Assembly (NCBI GenBank): GCA_021323995.1 | Contig: JAJPJY010000066.1 | Span: 10,458-74,457 of the forward strand | From: a bacterium | GTDB lineage: Archaea; Thermoproteota; Bathyarchaeia; 40CM-2-53-6 | DNA: 64,000 nucleotides | Reading direction: 5' to 3' | Shown: positions 9,765 to 22,537 of the stretch, piece by piece | Position numbering within the stretch: the stretch's first letter is position 1 | How the letters are laid out: each line of letters begins with the position of its first letter | Notes under the pieces: generated by a model | Seen by the model: the letters and a program-made list of their open reading frames with translations, nothing else | Databases searched by the model: none | What the model was told of the DNA's origin: nothing | Position numbers and translations under genes: made by a program

Positions 9765-10898
9765 GTGCGGTCTATCGTAGTCGAGGCCGTAGTGCCTACG
9801 GTGCCGTCAAGAGCAGACGAGGTCGAGACGATGGCGCGAAGCATCGGCTATGATGTCGTTGACAGGTTAATCCAGCACCGGAAGAGCATTCATCACACAT
9901 ACACCATTGGACCAGGAAAACTGGACGAGCTCAAACAGCTCACAAAGGAGAAGAAGATAGAAGCAGTCCTCTTCGCGAACCGGCTGCCAGGGTCCCAAGT
10001 CTTCAAGATACAGAAGGTCTTGGGAGGAACAGACATCAAAGTCATCGACCGAAACCTGCTGATCCTAGAAGTCTTCGACCAGCGCGCAATGACAAAAGAA
10101 GCTAAGCTACAGATCGAACTTGCAAAACTCAAGTACACTTTTTCCTGGGGCAAAGAATTTCTGCGATTGAAGGGCATCCTTGGAGAACAGGTCGGCTGGA
10201 GCGGTCCGGGGGAATACCCATATGCTGATTACGAGAGAGGAGCCAGGAAGAGAATCTCTCATGTGGAGAAGGAGTTGAAGGACGTAAATGCGAAAAGCAA
10301 GACTCTCAGGGAACACCGTAGAGAGCGTGGATTCCCGATAGTCGCTTTAGCAGGTTACACTCAGAGCGGGAAGACGACTTTCTTCAACAAGGTGGTTTCT
10401 GAGCACAAGGACACTGGGCTTGGGCCTTTCACGACCTTGTCGACCTATGCTCGGAGAGTAGACTTTCAAAACGGTGCAGATGCCTTCAGCTTTATTCTGA
10501 TAGACAGTATCGGTTTTATCGAAGATATGCATCCCACAATCCTCAAGGCTTTCAACACCACTCTAGGCGAGATCACTGATTCTGATCTGATTCTCCTCTT
10601 CGTAGACATTAGCGAGGATGAGGAAATAGTGTTCAGGAAAATTACGGCGTCGAACGACATACTGAAACGAATCGCGCCGAAGGTGCCAATCGTTGTCTGC
10701 ATAAACAAGATTGATCGTTGCAGTGATGATCAGCTTCAGGAGGGAACCAAGTTGGTCTCACGAATCTTCCCTGGGGTCCCTCACGTCGTTCTCAGTGCTC
10801 TGAACGGAATTAACACGGAAGAGGTTCTGCGTTTGGGCTACCAGCATCTGAGCAGCGGAAGCGCGCCTGAAACTCTAGAGTTGTCAACGTCATCATAG
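9765..10898 (+). CDS. hflX: GTPase HflX
   Basis: IDRNLLILEVFDQRA, EAKLQIELA, GPGE, G1 GYTQSGKTT, G3 DSIG, G4 NKID. Confidence 0.92.
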   Translation: MRSIVVEAVVPTVPSRADEVETMARSIGYDVVDRLIQHRKSIHHTYTIGPGKLDELKQLTKEKKIEAVLFANRLPGSQVFKIQKVLGGTDIKVIDRNLLILEVFDQRAMTKEAKLQIELAKLKYTFSWGKEFLRLKGILGEQVGWSGPGEYPYADYERGARKRISHVEKELKDVNAKSKTLREHRRERGFPIVALAGYTQSGKTTFFNKVVSEHKDTGLGPFTTLSTYARRVDFQNGADAFSFILIDSIGFIEDMHPTILKAFNTTLGEITDSDLILLFVDISEDEEIVFRKITASNDILKRIAPKVPIVVCINKIDRCSDDQLQEGTKLVSRIFPGVPHVVLSALNGINTEEVLRLGYQHLSSGSAPETLELSTSS

Positions 10899-10957
10899 TA
10901 GATTCAGCCAAACCCTAAAATTCTTCGTTGCCATACCAAGTTATACGGTCATCCTAG

Positions 10958-11926
10958 TTGGAATTACGCAAACTACAGCGAACCCCAGACGGCACCTATC
11001 TTGTCACGATTCCGAAAGCATGGGCCAAACGGGTCGGGCTCGACGCCGGGTCCGTCGTCTCATACGAAGAGCGCCAAGACGGAAGACTCCTGCTCTCACC
11101 CAAGATCGACGAAGAGAGAGCCCCCCTGGAAGTGGTCCTGGATGCCTCGCCGTTCGTCAGGCGAGAGATTATTGAAAGATACTTGCTCGGCTACGACATT
11201 ATCAGAGTCCAGTCAAAAGAGACACTCTCTCCCGATATTCGAGATGAAGTAAGACGGACAACCAAGCGTCTAGTGGGGCTGGAAGTGTTAGAGGAGGACT
11301 CGAAGAAAATAGTTCTCCAATGCCTTGTCGAACCCTCGCTATTGAACCCCGAGCGGATTCTGCGTCGTCTTGAGATGCTGTCCATGCCCATGCAGCTGGA
11401 CTCAGTTCAGGCATTCGTCTCGTCCAACGGAGAACTGGCGAAGGGTGTAGTGGAGAGAGATGAAGAAGTTGACAGGTGGTACTTCCTGTTAGTCCGGCTT
11501 GTGAGGGCTGCAATCTCCGATACTTATCTTCTCGAGAAGATCAAGGTCTCCTCGGTCGACTGCTTGGACTTTCGATTGCTGGCAAGCTATATCGAAACCT
11601 TCGCTGACTACTCCGTGACAATCGCTGAGAATACCCAGGATGGTGTATCCATCCCGAAAGAAGAACAGGGATTGTTAGAGAAGATTGGGACGTCAGTGAA
11701 CACCATGTACCGAGACGCAGTCGGCTCAGTCCTCTCACGAGACCTCAAACTAGCGTCATCGATAGCCCTCCGGTTCAAGGATACCAAGAGGCGGTTGTCC
11801 GAGGCAGAGCAACTGGTCGCAGGATCCTCAAGGCCACTTGTAAATCATTTGGTAGCAGTCACGATCGCGTTGAATAGAATGTGCGAAATTTCAGTGGACA
11901 TTTCAGATCTGACGATCACACGGTAA
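10958..11926 (+). CDS. AbrB-domain PhoU-family phosphate uptake regulator
   Basis: N-terminal RKLQ...YLVTIPKAW AbrB motif; two PhoU helical repeats (DEEVDRWY). Confidence 0.88.
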   Translation: MELRKLQRTPDGTYLVTIPKAWAKRVGLDAGSVVSYEERQDGRLLLSPKIDEERAPLEVVLDASPFVRREIIERYLLGYDIIRVQSKETLSPDIRDEVRRTTKRLVGLEVLEEDSKKIVLQCLVEPSLLNPERILRRLEMLSMPMQLDSVQAFVSSNGELAKGVVERDEEVDRWYFLLVRLVRAAISDTYLLEKIKVSSVDCLDFRLLASYIETFADYSVTIAENTQDGVSIPKEEQGLLEKIGTSVNTMYRDAVGSVLSRDLKLASSIALRFKDTKRRLSEAEQLVAGSSRPLVNHLVAVTIALNRMCEISVDISDLTITR

Positions 11927-11999
11927 GCACGCGAAACAGGCATAGTAGAATAAGTCCCTCTCCAGACTAAATAGAGCAGTCCTATCGGGAAGTATCTGT

Positions 12000-13514
12000 A
12001 TGTCTGAAAATCTTCGCGATGCAATAGGAGTGATATTGGAAGCAGGTTTTCAGATAGAATCGGACGCGTTCAAGACCCTGGTCCAGTTCGGCCGCGCAGA
12101 GACCCTGAGGCCGCTTATTGATGAAGTGTTGAAGGTGGCAGGCTCTGTTGAGCCTAGGCCCTTGTTCATCAGCTCGGACCTTGTGTTGAAGGCGGTCGAG
12201 AAGCTAGAGCTGATTGGGAACAGGCAACCCGAGGCAGGGACAAGCCTCGGAGCGGAGCGGCGTTTTGCCCAGGAGTACGAGGCGCGGCTGGAGGTCGTGT
12301 TTGATCCGACCGGAAAGTTGGGGACGACAGGGGTTTTCGACGATTTTCTCCACTACTTCCGTAGCCGGTTTGAGAAAATGAGCGCATTGTTTCGCCAGAG
12401 AATCGACACTCGGAGCGGTGGGACGATTGCCGACGCGTTGGCTTCTGGTGCGAACGGTCGGGGCCGCTTCGTCTGTATGGTGGTGGATAAGCGGGAGCGG
12501 GATAATCGGATCTTTCTGACGGTCGACGATTATGATGAGGAGGCGGTGGTGCTAGTGACTGATGCTAATCCGTCTTTGTGGCAGACTGCGCGGCGTTTGT
12601 CTCGTGACCAGGTCTTGTTCTTGGAGACTCGGAAGAGTTCTGGGAAGCTGTTAGTGGCTGAGAATATTGTCTTGCCGGAGATTCCTGAACATCGTCCGGG
12701 CCGGGCACAGGAGGAGGTCTACGCTGTTCTATTATCAGATGTCCATGTGGGAAGTAAAGTCTTCATGGAAGACGAGTTCAAGCGAGTCTTGGGCTGGCTA
12801 CGGGGCCAAGTGGGTGATCATAGCCAGCGCGAGATCGCGGACCGGGTCAAGCATGTAATAATCGGCGGCGATCTCGTGGACGGGATTGGAATCTATCCGC
12901 GCCAAGAAGTGGACCTGAAGATCCCGGATATCTACGAGCAATATCGTCTCGCCTCAAAATTTGTCGAGGAAATTCCAGAGCACATGGAAGTCATTCTGAT
13001 TCCTGGGAATCATGATGCTGTTCGCCAGGCGTTGCCCCAGCCGAGAATCCCACGGGATTTTGCTGGGCCCGTCTACGAGGGTCGGAAGGTTGTGTCTCTG
13101 GGTGATCCGTCTGAAGTACGCTTGGACGGTGTTGATTTTCTGCTCTTTCATGGGACTAGCTTGATGGATATTATTAGCGCGGTTCCGGGTTTTGATTATC
13201 GGCGTCCGGTGGAGGTTATGGAGTATCAGCTTCGTGCGCGGCATCTGGCACCGGAGTATGGGAAGAACACTCCCATTGGACCAGAATTGGAAGATTGGCT
13301 TGTAGTGGAGCATGTCCCGGACGTGTTCATCTCGGGCCATGTTCATGTGCCCGGCTCGGGTGCATACCGGGGGACGACGATTGTTAACGGTGGCGCATGG
13401 CAGGGACAGACGGACTACCAGAAACGCATGGGACTGGTGCCACAGCCGGGATTGTTGCCCGTGATCAATCTACAATCGTTGCAAGTACGCATGATAGACT
13501 TCCGTTCGGGATAG
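12000..13514 (+). CDS. polB: DNA polymerase D small subunit (DP1, proofreading exonuclease)
   Basis: OB fold plus calcineurin-like motifs SDVHVGS, GDLVDGIGIYP, PGNHD, FHG, GHVH, WQGQTDYQ. Confidence 0.95.
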   Translation: MSENLRDAIGVILEAGFQIESDAFKTLVQFGRAETLRPLIDEVLKVAGSVEPRPLFISSDLVLKAVEKLELIGNRQPEAGTSLGAERRFAQEYEARLEVVFDPTGKLGTTGVFDDFLHYFRSRFEKMSALFRQRIDTRSGGTIADALASGANGRGRFVCMVVDKRERDNRIFLTVDDYDEEAVVLVTDANPSLWQTARRLSRDQVLFLETRKSSGKLLVAENIVLPEIPEHRPGRAQEEVYAVLLSDVHVGSKVFMEDEFKRVLGWLRGQVGDHSQREIADRVKHVIIGGDLVDGIGIYPRQEVDLKIPDIYEQYRLASKFVEEIPEHMEVILIPGNHDAVRQALPQPRIPRDFAGPVYEGRKVVSLGDPSEVRLDGVDFLLFHGTSLMDIISAVPGFDYRRPVEVMEYQLRARHLAPEYGKNTPIGPELEDWLVVEHVPDVFISGHVHVPGSGAYRGTTIVNGGAWQGQTDYQKRMGLVPQPGLLPVINLQSLQVRMIDFRSG

Positions 13515-13690
13515 CTCGTTCTTTACGAGAGCTCTTGAGCAGATCGCGGTCCTCCGTCTTCCAGAAATTGTGCTAACTGCGGAATAGTCGGGACTGAAAG
13601 TAACTGAATGTTGAACGGCGGATTAGCGAAAAGCTTGTGCGGCGGCGCTGGAGAAAACGATACCCGGGAGGTCTAGAATAGTTAACGGTT

Positions 13691-13707
13691 TTTTTCACTG
13701 TGAAAAA
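13691..13707. promoter_or_regulatory. Perfect inverted repeat TTTTTCAC-T-GTGAAAAA, with further GTGAAA copies to ~13755
   Basis: Read directly; intergenic downstream of DP1; function inferred. Confidence 0.45.
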
Positions 13708-13826
13708 TGGTTGTAGGTGAAACTATCACGGGTTTGTTCGTGGTGTTGTGAAACTGAGTTCTGAGATGGGTTGCTCTATTGATTATCTTTTCGAGATGGA
13801 AAGATTTGTAGATTGGAAGAGTTTCG

Positions 13827-14105
13827 ATGGAGAGTGAAGCCGAGAAGAGTCAGGATGCGTGGCTGAAAGTGGTTGAGCGGTTCAGCAAAATATTGGGGGA
13901 ACAATTGGAACAGGAAAGAGCTAGACCAGATAGCGATGAGGAAGCGATCCGGGACATTGAGCAGACACAGCTCAAACTCTTAACGCTCTGGAGGAAGCAG
14001 CTCCCCCGCCCGCGAGAAAGCTCGAAAGCAGAGAGCAAGACCCGGTGGATAAGAAGAGAGCCTGAGACGACTCCACAACAGTCTAGTGTGGGCCAACTAG
14101 CCTGA
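13827..14105 (+). CDS. Hypothetical helical protein
   Basis: ATG start, 92 aa, amphipathic helices, free-standing. Confidence 0.55.
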   Translation: MESEAEKSQDAWLKVVERFSKILGEQLEQERARPDSDEEAIRDIEQTQLKLLTLWRKQLPRPRESSKAESKTRWIRREPETTPQQSSVGQLA

Positions 14106-14211
14106 AACAGGCAACCATTTCCTGCCTTGTTTCGCGGGTCATCATGTTATGGTTATAGAACGCTTATTCGCGCGACAGGCTCAAGCCCACTTGTAAACGA
14201 GGGTCCTAGGG

Positions 14212-14553
14212 TTGCCGAACGATGGCGAGAGGGGCGAGATGTACGCCGAGCTTGAGCGGGCGTGCGACGAGCTTGACAAAACCCTCGAGATGCTCAAGAA
14301 AGCAGGCTATACCCTCCGCGAGTTCTCCAAAGTCCTAGAAGCTGACCCTACTGGGATACTGATGACCCACTACCCAGAAGGCTACATGATCTACCCAGAC
14401 GAGATCAACAAGACACCATGGGACTATCCATCACTACGACCCATTGTCGACTTAGACTATCTCATCGAGCTCCTGAAACGTGCTAGACAGCTAAGGCGGG
14501 CTAAGATGGACATCGAAAGACGACTAGGAAAGAAGCTCGTACCATTGTCCTAA
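14212..14553 (+). CDS. Hypothetical protein
   Basis: 113 aa with protein-like composition, free-standing. Confidence 0.6.
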   Translation: MPNDGERGEMYAELERACDELDKTLEMLKKAGYTLREFSKVLEADPTGILMTHYPEGYMIYPDEINKTPWDYPSLRPIVDLDYLIELLKRARQLRRAKMDIERRLGKKLVPLS

Positions 14554-14862
14554 TCAACTTCACCGAACGAAGATCTCGATATACCGTCGCCCGAGGCACC
14601 CGGCGCCAGAGAGTAAAGTCTATAATTCTCAAGCATCCAGTTTCCCCCTTGAGTGTTCAGGAGGCACTCTTTCGTATGTGTAAACGTCCAAACATTTCAA
14701 AACCAACCGTCGCAGTAGCCGCCTCCGAACTAGCCACTAGCGGCTAGCGGCGTACTGGCTCAAACTCCCCTGTTTTTCTCTGCGAGAATGCGCGCCTTAA
14801 TCGCTGGATTTTTCGAGAATAGTCTCAGCAATTTTTCCCTCTAAACAATTCCAGTTCGGTAC

Positions 14863-15323
14863 TCAAGCAGGCTTTAGACCATACGCGTTTGTGAAAAGCC
14901 AGTCAAGAACCTGGAGAACTTCGGGAGTAATTTTGCACCAGAGATGAATTCCACCCGGCAGGCAGTCGATCCGACCGTTCGAGAATTGGGCTTTGAAACC
15001 GTCCTGGTTGCGCATCAGCGGCTCAAAACGAAGAGGCTTCAGTTGTTCGAAGACTCTCTTGACATCCTCCTCAGAAAAGGGATAGAATTTCTCTTGTCTT
15101 CTGTGGACAAGAATCGAGAGGTCTTGGTGTCCCAGATCTTGCATTTGTAGTTCGAGGTGTCCCGGTGGGAAGTTGAGCTGGACAACAATCCCGTAGCGTT
15201 GTCCCACCTCATAGGCGATCCGATTGATTATGACGAACGCTCGAAGCTTATCATTGTCGACAAAAGGCGTGTACTCGTCGCGTCCTGCTTCGAGGCTTGA
15301 CCAAAGGTCCCGTACTATCCAGC

Positions 15324-15327
<4 letters not shown>
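14863..15327 (-). CDS. Hypothetical protein (probable CTG start at 15327)
   Basis: Frame is open 40 codons beyond the GTG at 15207, to a CTG overlapping the upstream TGA (CTGA). Confidence 0.65.
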
Positions 15328-17959
<2,632 letters not shown>

Positions 17960-17999
17960 GGTTATTGTTTGGGCGAGAGTCAGGGCTCGGGTCCTTCGC

Positions 18000-20246
18000 T
18001 TACGAAAAATCGTATGGAATAATGCGGTCTAGGTCTCGCTTTCTCGCGTCTGACATCAGGTCTACGGGGCGCATGTTTCCGCCCAGCTTCGCCAAGACTG
18101 TCAAATGTTCGAATCCGCAATTCTCGCATCTCGCCCGAACTCCTACGCTCGTGTTGTAGCATCGTCGACACCTTGAGTAGAACGAGGAGAACGTGAAGTA
18201 TCGGACCCCCGCCTCTGCCAACTGTTTTGAAGCTCTGATTAGAGAAGATCTGTCGGCCTTGTGTCCTATCAAGAGTGGGAGTATCGAGCCTCCGTCGAAG
18301 ATTCTCTGGAGTTCTCCTTCGATAGTCGCCCTAGTTGCGATCGGAACTTTCTGGGTAAGTGGAATTACAGGTACGTCATTGTAGTACGGATATTTCTTGG
18401 ACCCTTGATAGACCACGGTTGAGAACCCGTACTTCTCGGCATCTATAGAGGCAAACCGCGCTGCGGCCTCGGGTGAGGCATGGACTCCAACTCTTATTCT
18501 GATATCACGAGCGTCAGCCTCTGCTACTGCTCGCCGCGCAGCCTCGACGATCTTCCCGGAAAAAGCTGCGCTTGATTTCTCCCAGATATCATTCTGAGTG
18601 TGATACTTGACCGCCTCCGCTAGTCCAAGCAAACCAATCTCTCCGTGTGCTCTTTGTGGGTCGTAGTAGTTTGCTCCGTTTGCTTGCCATGCTAAGAGTG
18701 GTAAGACTCCTTCAGACACCCTATCGTTGATAGCTTGTTGTTTGAGTTGCAGAGCCTTTACTGCTTCCAAGGTTCCAGCCTGGACTGCTTGTAGGAGTCG
18801 CTCGTCCTTTCTTGAGGATTCGTAGGCAGTTCGGGGTAGGTTAAGCTGGACGGTTCCCACAATGGCACCTGCGCCTTTCGTCCAGTCTCTGTCCTCGGCA
18901 AGAATCGGTCCTTCGGATGATGTCGAATAGTTGTGCTCGAATGGCTGGATGAGAAAGTTGGGAACCGAATATTTGGCTGAACTTTCGAATGCGAGGTTGA
19001 GAAGCTCGTCGGTGGATTCCATCTTACGATCGTGGGTCCGTACGATGATTGATGGATTTAGGACGGGCTGTTGACGCCCGATTTCTAGGCATGCATCGAT
19101 TATTGTTGTGAAAATCTCTTCGGCTTCTCTTGAAAAGTCACCATAGATTCCTTCACTCTTTCCGCTTGGACCAACCGCCTCGAGGTTCTGAAGATGAATC
19201 GGGACCTGGTGATCGAGGCCTATCGAGACTCGGGCTGGTATTGTGTTGGAGAGTCCATCCCAGTTGAGGTCATTGATGAACCGCGTGATTGCTTCTTGGA
19301 CCCGCTGGCGTGGAAGTCCCCTGATGAATGGTGAAAGGATGATGTTGAAGTGGTCGAAGACCTGTTCGCTCGAGACTTCACGTTCGGCGGCTCGAACAAT
19401 CTTTAGCAGGGACCCGAGAGCATCTTCAAGCGACGAGGGAGGACTAGTGGAGGGGGCTCCCTTATGGAGGAAGAGCCTCGCTTCATGGAAGAATATGCTA
19501 GGTTTCAGGAACCATGATGATGCATTTTCGAGATGTAGTTGTCCGGAAAGATGAGCGTCGACGGTGGCTCTCGGGAGACTGTTCATCAAGACGTACTCTT
19601 CAGTGACTCTTTGTCCAGCGGATTGTTGGACCCAGCTCGCGTCGAATTGTTTCTGACCAGCCTCGCGTAAGAGGACTGTTACGTCGTTAACGGGCAGTCC
19701 CAACCGGGTGAGTTTGTGGCGATACTCCTCCAGTTTTCTCTCGATAAGAATAACGTTGACCAGTTCTCGGACTAGTGGGCCGCTTAGGTAGATGATCCCG
19801 AATTTGAGGAGTCTGTCTTCAGCTTCTGCAGCGACCTCGTCTGCAAGGGTTTGGGGCATTCCCGCCTCTGTTAGGAGGGACCGGGCGATCCTGGTGCGGT
19901 CGAACTCTTCGATAGTCATGCGGGAAGTACGGACGAACATCCGCCCACGTTTTACTGCAATGTACTCCTCTAGGTCACGGGAGAACTCGACGAGTATCTT
20001 CCCAAGATCAGTGATGCTGTACTTTTTCGTGCCTTTTTCGATCGAAATCAGGCCGGCCTTCCCTAGCGTCTTGAGATGGTAGACAAATTTGCCTGCGTCC
20101 CGTACGGGATCGAGCTTGACCTCGTACATCATTTCCGTGTAAGGGAGCGGGCCTTTCGAGACGAGTAGCTTGAGAACATGCAGCCGGACGGGCGCGGAGG
20201 CAGCGTCGAGAACGTCAGAGCTGAAGCGTTCGTAGGATCGCTGCAA
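18000..20246 (-). CDS. ArsR-like wHTH + ATP-cone + class III ribonucleotide reductase-like fold, catalytic residues missing
   Basis: wHTH (YHLKTLGKAGLI), ATP cone (VRTSRMTIEEFDRTRI), NrdD-like AHLSGQLHL, LNLPR and CxxC...CxxC; no RxxGY and no active-site Cys. Confidence 0.85.
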   Translation of the reverse strand: MQRSYERFSSDVLDAASAPVRLHVLKLLVSKGPLPYTEMMYEVKLDPVRDAGKFVYHLKTLGKAGLISIEKGTKKYSITDLGKILVEFSRDLEEYIAVKRGRMFVRTSRMTIEEFDRTRIARSLLTEAGMPQTLADEVAAEAEDRLLKFGIIYLSGPLVRELVNVILIERKLEEYRHKLTRLGLPVNDVTVLLREAGQKQFDASWVQQSAGQRVTEEYVLMNSLPRATVDAHLSGQLHLENASSWFLKPSIFFHEARLFLHKGAPSTSPPSSLEDALGSLLKIVRAAEREVSSEQVFDHFNIILSPFIRGLPRQRVQEAITRFINDLNWDGLSNTIPARVSIGLDHQVPIHLQNLEAVGPSGKSEGIYGDFSREAEEIFTTIIDACLEIGRQQPVLNPSIIVRTHDRKMESTDELLNLAFESSAKYSVPNFLIQPFEHNYSTSSEGPILAEDRDWTKGAGAIVGTVQLNLPRTAYESSRKDERLLQAVQAGTLEAVKALQLKQQAINDRVSEGVLPLLAWQANGANYYDPQRAHGEIGLLGLAEAVKYHTQNDIWEKSSAAFSGKIVEAARRAVAEADARDIRIRVGVHASPEAAARFASIDAEKYGFSTVVYQGSKKYPYYNDVPVIPLTQKVPIATRATIEGELQRIFDGGSILPLLIGHKADRSSLIRASKQLAEAGVRYFTFSSFYSRCRRCYNTSVGVRARCENCGFEHLTVLAKLGGNMRPVDLMSDARKRDLDRIIPYDFS

Positions 20247-20299
20247 GAAAGGGTCCTTCGCCTCAGCGGGCGACCCCTGTTTAAAAAAGTAGTGTGAAA

Positions 20300-20659
20300 C
20301 TACTCGATGATTTTCAGGTTCTTCAACGGGACCCAGCCTGTTTCATCGGTCATGTTGGTGACCCAGGCCCAACCGCTTTCGACTTTCTCTATTCTGACTA
20401 TCTCGCCCTCCATCACGGTCACTTCGCTTGCTTCGTAGTTCTGTTGTGCGACCGCACTGTCAGCGCCTATCTTGATACTGTTTTCCGGGACCCATCCTTT
20501 CTTCCCACTGTGGCTTTCACAGAACACCCATCCAGGCCATTCCACATCGATTCGCTTCACTATCTTTAGCTCGTCGCCGGTTTTCATGATTAATGGATCA
20601 GGATACTGCTTGTCGTAGCTGATGGCTACTAGCGCCATCGTCCCGGAATCGCCCTGCAA
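20300..20659 (-). CDS. Tandem SH3-domain protein
   Basis: Two repeats ending GWV.C...GKKGWVP and GWAWV...GWVP. Confidence 0.85.
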   Translation of the reverse strand: MQGDSGTMALVAISYDKQYPDPLIMKTGDELKIVKRIDVEWPGWVFCESHSGKKGWVPENSIKIGADSAVAQQNYEASEVTVMEGEIVRIEKVESGWAWVTNMTDETGWVPLKNLKIIE

Positions 20660-20754
20660 ACGTAACCATGAGAGATATGGGTCCAGAGCTATTAAACTGA
20701 GACGGTTGTGAAGGGTCTAACCTGCGCCATGGGACCCCTCTGGTGTTGTCCCTT

Positions 20755-21990
20755 CTATAGCTGGATGGACAGTTGGGGGAGTGTCTGATAGTTTGGCTCG
20801 ATCTCTGTCTTGGTCCATTTGGGAATTAGGTTGTCGACGGTCTTCAAGTATTCCCTGCTGTCGTAGCTCCATCCTTTCTCGTCATTGTATTCTTTGTGGG
20901 AGAATGTTTGCGATTCGATGGTCATCGGATCGATGACCAGGTAAGAATAATTCGTGAGAACTCCCTTCGAGACCAGCAATGAAAGGAATGCGAATAGGTT
21001 GCTGACTTCGACTTGGGGCAAGTATATTCTCACTGTCATCGAGTTGAGTCCTGTTATTCGAGAATAGCTCTGGACTATGGGAAGATCAGGTAGTGCGTTT
21101 TCAACAGCTCGCATTGAGCCTTCACTCTTGAAATCTAGCCGTGCATCTATGAGTTTGGAAATTTGTGGGGCAAAGGGCAACAGGTCGATCACGTATTCCT
21201 GTACGAGACCGCGTGCGACCAGCTTGTCGAAGCGATATTTTGTTGCGGGTAAAGTAAGTCCGAGAAGCTTTGACAAATCCGCCAGGGTCGTTCTTGCATC
21301 TTTGGCAAGTTCCCTTAGAATTACAAGGTCTCGCTTATCGAAACTGTCCGTCTGAGTCGACTGTCTAGTTGCCTCGGTCTTGGCCCGAGTTGTTGTTAGC
21401 TTGTCGAGCCACCCTCTCCAGTCGAACTTCCACGAATGGTCCTTCGGCTTGAAATAGTCAAAGTTCGTCAATGGAAAACCAGCATCGCCTAGCCAGTACA
21501 CACGGTATTTTTTGATAACCCCACGTTCGACGAGCTGTTCGAGATACAGCTCGAAATCATGCCGGTTCGGCGTAGGGACGGCATGTTGCGAATAGTATCC
21601 GTTAGTGTCCCCTAGGCAGCGGGCGATTTTCAGCCAGAAGCCAGGAACCTTGAGCGCTTCCCTTGCGAAAACCTCTTTGCCAGGATGAGGAGTTGCCAGA
21701 ACGACTGCGCGGCTCAATCCGATCTTCGAATAATTTGGATAAACCCAGGTCTTTAGAACTCCCTGGCTCTCAAGTTTCGTCACACGATTATAGACGGTAG
21801 TGTAGGGTAACTTGGCCTTCCGGGCGATTTCCAACAGGTTTCTCGGACCATGTTGTTTCATGGTTCTCAAGATCGTCACGTTTTCCTCGTCAAGGAGAGA
21901 GACTATTCTATGTACACTGTCAAAGTAGTCATCTGCACTGATCGTACTCAAGGGAAGTTCTGAACGAGCCGCAGGTCCTGTGCTTTTCAA
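20755..21990 (-). CDS. Lrp/AsnC-type regulator with duplicated HTH
   Basis: Two HTH units (LLEIARKAKLPYTTVYNRVTKL; DKRDLVILRELAKDARTTLADLSKLLG). Confidence 0.82.
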   Translation of the reverse strand: MKSTGPAARSELPLSTISADDYFDSVHRIVSLLDEENVTILRTMKQHGPRNLLEIARKAKLPYTTVYNRVTKLESQGVLKTWVYPNYSKIGLSRAVVLATPHPGKEVFAREALKVPGFWLKIARCLGDTNGYYSQHAVPTPNRHDFELYLEQLVERGVIKKYRVYWLGDAGFPLTNFDYFKPKDHSWKFDWRGWLDKLTTTRAKTEATRQSTQTDSFDKRDLVILRELAKDARTTLADLSKLLGLTLPATKYRFDKLVARGLVQEYVIDLLPFAPQISKLIDARLDFKSEGSMRAVENALPDLPIVQSYSRITGLNSMTVRIYLPQVEVSNLFAFLSLLVSKGVLTNYSYLVIDPMTIESQTFSHKEYNDEKGWSYDSREYLKTVDNLIPKWTKTEIEPNYQTLPQLSIQL

Positions 21991-22366
21991 GCTTTTCGGA
22001 TAGACGCGGATTGATCGGATCTGTGAAACTGGGAAATTTGGGGTTTAGACGCAAGGCAAAACGCCGGCTAGGACACAATAAACTAACGGGTTTCACAATG
22101 CTCGATTAACAGATTGCACAAAAACGCATCATCATCGGGTCACATGACGAGATTGGTTGCCCAAAACTCTACGGCCGCCTGGACTCGGTTGGACCCAGTC
22201 AGCCCAAGGATTTAGGCGGAAAGGAATGGCAGGGTCTCTGAAGTTGGGAACCCGCAAAAATCGCCTTTCTCTGCTCGAATCCTTATTCTTTGCCCGCGGG
22301 TAACTTAACGTTAGGGGATAACTATAAAACCGCTACATGGGCTACCTTTAGAAGTCTAGAGCTACC

Positions 22367-22537
22367 ATGGGAAAAGTAATGGTCTCTTTGACTGATGAAG
22401 CCGAGGATCTTGTGAGGACTGAGGTAGACAAACTCTACTACGGAAGGACTGGGGGATTCAGCATTTTCTTCGAGAAGCTGATCCGCCAATACTTCAATGG
22501 AAACATGAAAGACCCTGCCGGAAAAAAGCTAAGATAG
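22367..22537 (+). CDS. Small ribbon-helix-helix protein (56 aa, below ORF track cutoff)
   Basis: MGKVMVSLTDEAEDLVR...GGFSIFFEKLIRQYF; TATAAAA box at 22323. Confidence 0.75.
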   Translation: MGKVMVSLTDEAEDLVRTEVDKLYYGRTGGFSIFFEKLIRQYFNGNMKDPAGKKLR

